Assembly: GCA_965243065.1 (NCBI GenBank) | Contig: CBDETO010000005.1 | Span: 1,470,672-1,534,671 of the forward strand | Direction of reading: 5' to 3' | Length of the DNA: 64,000 bases | DNA from: Bdellovibrionales bacterium | GTDB lineage: Bacteria > Bdellovibrionota > Bdellovibrionia > Bdellovibrionales > UBA1609 | Shown: positions 57,056-64,000 of the stretch, piece after piece | Numbering within the stretch: position 1 is the first letter of the stretch | How the letters are laid out: every line of letters starts with the position of its first letter | Position numbers and translations under genes: made by a program | The notes under the pieces: model-generated | What the model saw: only the letters and a program-made list of their open reading frames with translations | Database searches by the model: none | Told to the model about the DNA's origin: nothing

Positions 57056-58531
57056 GTGGATTTATTGAACTGTAAAATAATGGACTTAAGGTCCCTCCTT
57101 CAGAGCAAAAAACTCTCTGCTGAGGAGCTATGTCGCTTTTATTTAGATCGCATTGAAAGACTCAATCCTGCGCTCAACGCGGTTTTGACCATAAGTCCTT
57201 TTGCCCTTCAAAAAGCGCGGGACATAGATAAGCATTTTCCCTCTTACAAAGATCGGCCTTTAATGGGGATACCTATTTTACTAAAAGATGTTTTTTGCGT
57301 AAAAAACATGAAAACCACCGCCGGTTCCAAGATGCTTGAGAACTTTATAGCCCCTTATTCAGCGGAAGTCACAAAGCGTTTAGAAGAAGCAGGAGCTATT
57401 ATATTGGGTAAATGTAATCAAGATGAATTTGCTATGGGAACCAGTAATGAAAACTCCGCTTTTGGAGTTGTCTTAAACCCCTGGAACAAAGAGTATGTCC
57501 CGGGAGGTTCCAGTGGAGGTTCTGCTGCTGCGGTATCAGCCGGCTTATGTGCTGCATCTATCGGTACAGACACCGGAGGCTCTATTCGTCAACCGGCCTC
57601 CTTTTGCAATTTAATCGGAGTAAAACCCACCTACGGACGGGTGAGCCGTTATGGGATGATTGCCTATGCTTCCAGTTTAGATCAAGCTGGCCCCATGACC
57701 ATGTATGTGGAGGACAGCGCTCTTATTTTAGAGATCCTGGCGGGAAAAGATAGTAAAGACAGCACTTCGGCTCAGACAGATGTGCCAAAATGGTTTTCAA
57801 ATCGAGGCTCTGCCAATATTAAAAAACTAAAAGTAGGTTTTTTAAATAAAACCGATGCAGAGTCATTTTGCTCACCCGAAGTCATGCAGATTCTGGAACA
57901 GGTAGCAAGCCTCTTACAATCTCATGGAGCCACTGTGGAAGAGGTCTCCTTACCCTTGATGGATATGGCTGTGCCGGTGTATTATCTGATTTCCACGAGT
58001 GAAGCTTCTAGTAATTTAGCCCGTTACGATGGTATTCGTTATGGTTCTCGATTTGATTTTAAAAACAAAACCCCCGGCAGTTTAGAAGAATTTTACAGTC
58101 AAAATCGAGGCTTTGGATTTGGTAAAGAAGTAAAGCGAAGAATTATCATGGGCACTTATTGTCTTTCCAGCGGCTATTACGATGAGTATTATAATAAAGC
58201 TTCTCAGATTCGCCGGAAGATGAGAGAGAGTTTTATAAAAACTTTTTCTGAGTTTTCTTTACTTCTATCGCCTGTCTCTTTATCCCCCGCATTTAAACTG
58301 GGGGAAAAGCCTGTAGGTTCTCTGGCCTCCTACTTAGTGGATAATTTTACTGTGTCCGCTAACTTAGCAGGGCTTCCCTCTTTATCCGTCCCCGCGGGCT
58401 TTTCCTCCAAAAAATCTTTACCTATAGGAGTGCAACTTATCGGCAATCATTTTGATGAACAAACTCTTTTTGATATAGCTTTATTAATTCAAGAGGAGAT
58501 AAAAGCCGTAGGTAAGAGACCAGTTATATAA
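57056..58531 (+). CDS. gatA: Glutamyl/aspartyl-tRNA amidotransferase subunit A
   Basis: Amidase signature GGSSGGSAAAV..GTDTGGSIRQPA. The ORF-track start is GTG 57056; the ATG at 57080 (MDLRSLL) is an equally plausible start. Confidence 0.9.
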   Translation: MDLLNCKIMDLRSLLQSKKLSAEELCRFYLDRIERLNPALNAVLTISPFALQKARDIDKHFPSYKDRPLMGIPILLKDVFCVKNMKTTAGSKMLENFIAPYSAEVTKRLEEAGAIILGKCNQDEFAMGTSNENSAFGVVLNPWNKEYVPGGSSGGSAAAVSAGLCAASIGTDTGGSIRQPASFCNLIGVKPTYGRVSRYGMIAYASSLDQAGPMTMYVEDSALILEILAGKDSKDSTSAQTDVPKWFSNRGSANIKKLKVGFLNKTDAESFCSPEVMQILEQVASLLQSHGATVEEVSLPLMDMAVPVYYLISTSEASSNLARYDGIRYGSRFDFKNKTPGSLEEFYSQNRGFGFGKEVKRRIIMGTYCLSSGYYDEYYNKASQIRRKMRESFIKTFSEFSLLLSPVSLSPAFKLGEKPVGSLASYLVDNFTVSANLAGLPSLSVPAGFSSKKSLPIGVQLIGNHFDEQTLFDIALLIQEEIKAVGKRPVI

Positions 58532-58636
58532 TACCGATTAAGTTTGAAAATCATGGGACTTAAAGGCCCCCACTGCTTCGGAGCAAAGAACTAAAAAGCG
58601 ACAGCAAAATCAAACCCGCGTGGTAAGGATGATAAT

Positions 58637-60112
58637 ATGAAACAAAATAATAAAGAAAATGGTCTTTCTCGCCGCTATACCCTGCCGGACGGGTGGAAAG
58701 CGGTCATTGGCTTGGAAATACATGCGCAGCTTTTGACAAAGAGTAAGTTATTTTCCTCTGATCCATCCCATTTTATAGAAATGGAAAATGAGCATATTCA
58801 CCCGGTGAGTCTGGGGCTACCTGGCACTTTGCCCGTTCTTAATCAGAAAGCATTGGAGTATTCTGCCCAAGTGGGATTAGCTTTAAATTGTCATATTAAC
58901 CGGCGGGCTGTGTTCGCCAGAAAAAATTATTTTTATCCTGATCTTCCTAAGGGGTATCAAATATCTCAATATGAGCAACCCCTCTGTGAAAATGGTTATA
59001 TCGAGTTTGAACAAGAGGAGGGGCGGAAAAAAGTACGTATTCAAAGGGTGCATATAGAAGAGGACGCCGGGCGATTTCATCACAAGGGAAACTGCTCCTT
59101 AGTGAATTTTAATCGAGCCGGAGTGCCTTTAGTGGAAATTGTGTCCATGCCGGATATTCACTCTCCTACTGAAGCGGCAGAAATGGTTCGTTCTATCAGA
59201 AAAATTTTAAAATACCTGGAGGTTTGTGACGGCAATTTAGAGGAAGGGTCTTTACGCTGTGATTGTAATGTCAGTGTACAAAGAGCTTCGGACCAGCAAT
59301 ATGGCACCCGGACAGAATTAAAAAACTTAAATTCCTTTAAGTTTATTGAAAAAGCTATCGAATATGAAATCCATCGGCAGATTTTAGTGCTCAATGAAGG
59401 CCATAAAGTCCTACAGGAAACCCGTTTATACGACTCCACCAAAAACAAAACCTTTTCTTTGCGCTCTAAGGAAGAAGCCAGTGATTATCGCTATTTTCCT
59501 GATCCCGATCTTTTACCTCTTTGTTTATCTGATGAGTGGGTGGCAAAGCAGGAACAAAAAGTACCAGAATCCTTTTTACAAAAAGCGGATCGTTTTCAAA
59601 AACAATATAAACTCTCTTCAAAAGAGTCTCTTTTAATTACAGAAGAAAGAGCCCGGGCCGACTATTTTGAAAAAATAGCACATACCAAAGCTTCGGCTAA
59701 ACTATCCGCTAATTGGCTTATTAACGAAGTGTTAGCGGGCCTTAATGAAGAAAAAAAGCGGATCCAGGATTGTCCTATTACTCCTGAGAACCTAGGAGAA
59801 ATGTTGAAAATGATTGAAAAAAAGGAGCTTTCAGGAAAGATGGCTAAAAAAGTGTTCACAGAAATGTGGAAGACAAAAGAGCCTCCTCAACAGATAGTAA
59901 AAAAATGGGGACTTAAAAGAATCAGTGATACCTCGGTTTTAACTAATATGGTGACAGAAGTTATGGAGAAGTTTCCAAAACAAGTGGAAGATTACAAAAA
60001 CGGTCGGGAAAAAATTTTTGGCTTCTTTGTGGGAGAAATTATGAAGTCCTGCCGGGGACAAGCTGACCCGGAACAGCTCAATAAAATCCTAAAGGAGCAA
60101 TTAAAAAATTGA
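58637..60112 (+). CDS. gatB: Glutamyl/aspartyl-tRNA amidotransferase subunit B
   Basis: W.AVIGLEIHAQL, NYFYPDLPKGYQISQ, HIEEDAG, R.DCNVS and a C-terminal YqeY-like tail. Confidence 0.9.
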   Translation: MKQNNKENGLSRRYTLPDGWKAVIGLEIHAQLLTKSKLFSSDPSHFIEMENEHIHPVSLGLPGTLPVLNQKALEYSAQVGLALNCHINRRAVFARKNYFYPDLPKGYQISQYEQPLCENGYIEFEQEEGRKKVRIQRVHIEEDAGRFHHKGNCSLVNFNRAGVPLVEIVSMPDIHSPTEAAEMVRSIRKILKYLEVCDGNLEEGSLRCDCNVSVQRASDQQYGTRTELKNLNSFKFIEKAIEYEIHRQILVLNEGHKVLQETRLYDSTKNKTFSLRSKEEASDYRYFPDPDLLPLCLSDEWVAKQEQKVPESFLQKADRFQKQYKLSSKESLLITEERARADYFEKIAHTKASAKLSANWLINEVLAGLNEEKKRIQDCPITPENLGEMLKMIEKKELSGKMAKKVFTEMWKTKEPPQQIVKKWGLKRISDTSVLTNMVTEVMEKFPKQVEDYKNGREKIFGFFVGEIMKSCRGQADPEQLNKILKEQLKN

Positions 60113-61170
60113 TAGTGGCTACAATAGATATCGGTTCGAATACTTCTTTATTATTGATCGCACGCCTTTCAAAAGAAACACCATCTCAAGTTGAGATACT
60201 GGAAGATCAGCTTTTTTTTACCCGCTTAGCTCAGAGCAAATTTTCTATAGATAGATCAAACCGAGATAGAAAAACGGGAAGGGTATGCCGCGAAAGTGGA
60301 AATCCTCCCCTCGCAGAGGGTCTCCTCGCAGAGGGTATCAAAATATCTGAGGAAGCTCTGCAAAGGCAAAAAAATTTTTTTAAAAAGGCCCGTGAGCTTA
60401 TTCACCAATATCCCGTAAAAAAAATAAAATGTGTGGCCACCGCAGCGGCTCGTCAGGCACAAAATGCCCATAAGCTCCTGTCCCTGGGAGAGGAGTACGG
60501 TTTTTCTATTGATATTATTTCCGCAGAGGAAGAAGCTCTCATCAGCCGAAAGGGAGCTTTGTTTAGGCTTTCTATAGATCCTATATCCGCCGTCGTATTA
60601 GATATTGGAGGAGCCTCTACCGAGATCAGCACAGATCATCAATGTTTTAGCCTCCCTATAGGTTCTGTTAATTTAACGGAAGAATTTATCCATAATGACC
60701 CTCCCACAAAAGAAGAAATACGGCGACTGACAGAAAAAATCCAGACCGAACTTAAAACCATACCCTTTTCTTGTTCAAAAAAATCCGTGTTAGTAGCTGT
60801 GGCAGGAACCCCCACGACTTTAGCTTCTTTAGAGAACAAAACAGATAACCTATGCCCTTCGGGTATAACTTCTCCCCCTCCTTCACGTTTGTTCCCCTTA
60901 GAAGATGGATTTTTAAGCCCTGAATTTTCAAACACTATCAGTATCCATGGGAAAACATTAAGTGTCCACCAGGTGCAGCACTGGTGGGAATATTTGTTTC
61001 AAATTCCTTTTGAAAAAAGGAAAAATTTAAAAGGTATGCCTTTTTATCGGGCCGATGTCATGCCAGCGGGTCTAAGTATATTAAAACAAGTTATGAATCA
61101 GTTTCAGTGGAAGGAATGCACTGTTTCAGTAACAGGACTAAGATACGGCTTGTTGTGTCAAACGCAGTGA
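60109..61170 (+). CDS. Ppx/GppA-family phosphatase carrying an apparent in-frame repeat insertion
   Basis: ATIDIGSNTSLLLIA (ASKHA phosphate-1 motif), VLDIGGASTE and VAVAGTPTT. The TTG start overlaps the gatB stop. See the finding for 60235-60335. Confidence 0.7.
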   Translation: MIVATIDIGSNTSLLLIARLSKETPSQVEILEDQLFFTRLAQSKFSIDRSNRDRKTGRVCRESGNPPLAEGLLAEGIKISEEALQRQKNFFKKARELIHQYPVKKIKCVATAAARQAQNAHKLLSLGEEYGFSIDIISAEEEALISRKGALFRLSIDPISAVVLDIGGASTEISTDHQCFSLPIGSVNLTEEFIHNDPPTKEEIRRLTEKIQTELKTIPFSCSKKSVLVAVAGTPTTLASLENKTDNLCPSGITSPPPSRLFPLEDGFLSPEFSNTISIHGKTLSVHQVQHWWEYLFQIPFEKRKNLKGMPFYRADVMPAGLSILKQVMNQFQWKECTVSVTGLRYGLLCQTQ

Positions 61171-61298
61171 GTTTAGTCTATGGTCCAAATTAGGACTTTC
61201 AGATTAGACTTTGTACTTTATTCTTGATTCAATTTTAGATAATAAAACAAGAAAATCTCGGTTTTTAAATTTAACCGATTAAAAACATTTTACAACTT

Positions 61299-62507
61299 AT
61301 GATACATCAACTAGTTTTCTTTTTTTCTATTCTCTTTTCTCTTACTTTAATCCCCTCTTGCACTATTTTTGATTCTAGTGACCTAGAGGAAAACGCAGAG
61401 GAAGAGGATTATTATGAGGAGGATGAGGATTTTATAGAAGAGGAGGAGGCTGCTGAGGAGGAACCAGAGGAATCCTCTTTAGCGGAAGAGGAAGGAATGG
61501 CCCCTCCCCCAGATGAAGAAGAAAATATCTATTATATTGATGAGGAGGATGAGGAATTAATAGCCGAAGAAGAAGGCTCTATTGAAGTGGAAGAGGTGGA
61601 TTCGGACGATTTAAGCACAAATGAAGAAGAATACAGTACAGCAGACAGTTCCTTTTTTTCCCAGGAAGTCGCCACTCCTTCTTCTGGATCGAGAGGAAAA
61701 CCAGCTCCTTCTGTGAAGAAAAAGAAATGGATCTCCTATAAAAAAATTAAAACTAAGCCCTATCAATCCGGGGGATTTTTAGTAAATGCCGTTTATATTG
61801 CTCGCCCAGGGGAAGACATACGAAGTATCAGCAATAAAATTTTTGGTTCAGACCAGGTCCAACAGTTATATGCTATCAATCCGCATTTAAAATCGAGAAA
61901 TGTCAAAGTAGGAGATAAAATTTACTACCAATCTCCCCTTCGTCCCCAGGACTCTGGACAGTTGTTATTTTATTTTGAAGACAATGGAATGTCCCCTCAA
62001 TATCATCAGATTCAGGCCGGTCAGAATATCCGCCAGGTGGCTTCGCAGTTATTAGGACATGCCGATAGCTGGAAAGAAGTCTGGGCTACCAATCCAGAAT
62101 TGCACTCAAAAGGCCTGGTTAATGATGCTTTTGTCCTTAAATATTGGACAGGAATCGTATCCCCTCCGCCGGTTTCGGATGGAGAAGAACTCTCTCCTCC
62201 TCCAGCTTTAGAAGAAGAAACAGCTTTAGAAGAAAATACACCCGAACCAGCTCTGTCCCCTCCCCCTCCCGTAGTGGAGGAAGAAGAGCCCCCTGAACCG
62301 CTCCCCCCTTCAGAGGAGGAGATAAGCCCTCCTCCATCAGATACTCATCTTTCTTCAAAGAATCTGTTGGAGAGACTGGGTACGGATACCCTTATAGGAA
62401 TAGCTTTAGTGCTACTGGCTGTCTTAACTTCTATTTTTATTGTTAAAAAGCGCATGAAAAAGAAGAGTTTTGATTATACAGCCACCAGCTTTGAACTAGA
62501 CGAATAA
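61299..62507 (+). CDS. Acidic/proline-rich protein with two LysM-like domains and a C-terminal TM anchor
   Basis: Signal/lipobox-like LTLIPSC, then long E/D runs. LysM-like segments are YIARPGEDIRSISNKIFGS..LYAINPHL..VKVGDKIYY and YHQIQAGQNIRQVASQLLG..WKEVWATNPEL. A PPP-rich stretch follows, then the TM helix LIGIALVLLAVLTSIFIV. Confidence 0.6.
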   Translation: MIHQLVFFFSILFSLTLIPSCTIFDSSDLEENAEEEDYYEEDEDFIEEEEAAEEEPEESSLAEEEGMAPPPDEEENIYYIDEEDEELIAEEEGSIEVEEVDSDDLSTNEEEYSTADSSFFSQEVATPSSGSRGKPAPSVKKKKWISYKKIKTKPYQSGGFLVNAVYIARPGEDIRSISNKIFGSDQVQQLYAINPHLKSRNVKVGDKIYYQSPLRPQDSGQLLFYFEDNGMSPQYHQIQAGQNIRQVASQLLGHADSWKEVWATNPELHSKGLVNDAFVLKYWTGIVSPPPVSDGEELSPPPALEEETALEENTPEPALSPPPPVVEEEEPPEPLPPSEEEISPPPSDTHLSSKNLLERLGTDTLIGIALVLLAVLTSIFIVKKRMKKKSFDYTATSFELDE

Positions 62508-62821
62508 AGGAGGTTTCTCTATCTCTTACTTTTCTTTGGAGAAAAAAAGAGAAGATCAAAAACTTCCAGATGAGTATAAGTTACTAAAAATACTTTAAAA
62601 TAGTTGAAACCTTCCTCACTTTAAAGAAAAAGGACATTTCAGATTGACAAATAAATAAAAACAAGGATATACTATATTAAATATTTACCTTTAATGTCTT
62701 AAAAAAAATAATCATTATAAAATACCCACTTAAAATAAAGAGGTTTATACTTAGTTTAATTAAGAAAGATAAAAAGTTCTATCTTTGTCTGTTTAATCAA
62801 TATAGCAAATACAGTTAAAAT

Positions 62822-64000
62822 ATGAGTCATTCTGAAGTAGATAAAAATAATAAATCTTACTCTGCAAAAAAAGCGGGAGAGAGTTTTTCCTCTGGAGAAA
62901 GGAAAAACAACCGCCGACCTTCTACACGTTCTCCCCGCTTTCGCAATAATAATCCCTATAACAATAATGGAAATACGGAAAGAAATGTGAACAAAGACCA
63001 TGTTCGTTCCTACCCTCGATCCTTTCGGGAAGACTCTTCTTCTTTTCATCAAGAAGTAGATCTTTCTGATATTAATTTAACGGAAAAGGAAAGAAAAGAG
63101 TTAGATTTTAAAAACCTTAGATCAAAAGATATTAGAGAAGTCATGGTCTTAGCCCATAAGCTTAAAATTGAAAGCCCCGCCGGGATGAAAAGGCAGGACA
63201 TGGTTTTTGAAATACTGAAGCGAGCTGCACAATTGGAAGATATTTATGGAGGAGGGGTCTTAGAAATACTTCCCGATGGCTATGGTTTTTTACGCTCACC
63301 GGATTATAACTATTTGCCCGGGATTGATGATATTTATGTGAGCCATTCCCAAATTCGCCGATTTGGCCTCAGAACAGGAGACAGTATCACCGGCACTATT
63401 CGTCCCCCCAAAGCCGGAGAAAAATATTTTGCCCTACTTAAAGGGGATAATGTCAACTTTGAGTCAACAGATCGTTTAAAAGAAAAAATTTTATTTGATA
63501 ATTTAACGCCACTTTACCCTGAAGAAAGACTAAGTTTAGAATGGAGGCCATCGGAGTACACCACTCGGGTTGTGGACCTCATGGCTCCCTTAGGCAAGGG
63601 GCAAAGAGCTTTAATCGTAGCCCCTCCTCGCACAGGAAAGACAGTTTTACTTCAAAATATTGCAAATGCCATATCTAAAAATCACGAGGAGGTATTTTTA
63701 ATTGTGCTCCTCATTGATGAACGGCCAGAAGAAGTGACGGATATGTCGAGAAATGTCAAAGGAGAGGTGATCTCCTCTACTTTTGATGAACCCCCCACCC
63801 GTCATGTACAGGTGGCAGAAATGGTGATTGAAAAAGCAAAAAGGCTCGTGGAGCATAAAAAAGATGTTGTTATTTTACTGGACTCCATTACCCGATTGGC
63901 TCGCGCCTATAATACAGTCATACCTCCTTCTGGAAAAATCCTATCCGGCGGTGTGGACTCCAGTGCCCTTCATAAGCCTAAAAGATTTTTTGGAGCGGCC
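62822..64000 (+). CDS. rho: Transcription termination factor Rho (5' part; CDS runs off the window) with an Asn/Arg-rich N-terminal extension
   Basis: Not in the ORF track because no stop is reached. ATG 62822 opens a frame that stays open to 64000 (393 codons). Motifs: [14 protein letters not shown] (RNP-like), Walker A APPRTGKT and [13 protein letters not shown]. Confidence 0.9.
   Translation, partial: MSHSEVDKNNKSYSAKKAGESFSSGERKNNRRPSTRSPRFRNNNPYNNNGNTERNVNKDHVRSYPRSFREDSSSFHQEVDLSDINLTEKERKELDFKNLRSKDIREVMVLAHKLKIESPAGMKRQDMVFEILKRAAQLEDIYGGGVLEILPDGYGFLRSPDYNYLPGIDDIYVSHSQIRRFGLRTGDSITGTIRPPKAGEKYFALLKGDNVNFESTDRLKEKILFDNLTPLYPEERLSLEWRPSEYTTRVVDLMAPLGKGQRALIVAPPRTGKTVLLQNIANAISKNHEEVFLIVLLIDERPEEVTDMSRNVKGEVISSTFDEPPTRHVQVAEMVIEKAKRLVEHKKDVVILLDSITRLARAYNTVIPPSGKILSGGVDSSALHKPKRFFGAA

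Noticed and set aside
62756-63052. ORF 62756-63052 (-)
   Set aside because: It is antisense to the 5' part of the rho reading frame, which is continuous with unmistakable Rho motifs.

Overview
AT-rich bacterial chromosome segment. The gene content looks diderm: beta-barrel OMP-like proteins, LspA and a class A PBP. It has three parts. (1) 1-5.7 kb carries ribosomal protein genes (rpmB, an L24-like KOW gene, rpsR), hypothetical envelope proteins, a porin-like gene and then tRNA-Pro(UGG). (2) 5.7-31.2 kb is about 25 kb of accessory DNA stacked behind tRNA-Pro. A 138-nt direct repeat containing the tRNA 3' end (5751-5888 / 21651-21788) and three copies of a conserved ~100-140 nt arm (15387, 21527, 31001) subdivide it. 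This pattern suggests three tandem integrative modules, but no integrase is visible. The cargo includes decayed mobilisation genes: an XRE regulator, a truncated coupling ATPase and a replication-relaxation-like protein. It also holds a methyltransferase / unknown / single-HKD PLD nuclease operon, an NDT/TIR-like effector protein and an AAA-DUF4143 ATPase. Further cargo is a 42-nt iteron-like array, a conspicuously GC-rich RNA ligase gene and a lipoprotein with two 48-nt tandem repeat arrays. There are four IS copies; two are near-identical IS3-family copies with 4-nt target duplications, and each splits a gene. Finally, a tightly coupled three-gene cassette of unknown function is bracketed by a 25-nt inverted repeat (28586-30930). 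(3) 31.2-64 kb is housekeeping: OMP-like paralogs, tRNA-Arg, nhaA, plsC, serA, PBP1A, ileS-lspA, a pseudouridine synthase, smpB, ligA, gatC/gatA/gatB, ppx-like, a LysM protein and rho. At least four families of small palindromic repeats are scattered through it, and one appears inserted in frame in the ppx-like gene. The best candidates for an undescribed system are the IR-bracketed three-gene cassette, the MTase-unknown-PLD operon with the adjacent NDT-like protein, and the IS-split membrane nuclease-like/glycine-zipper gene. All protein calls rest on motifs recognised by eye in the supplied translations. No database search, HMM or structure prediction was possible.
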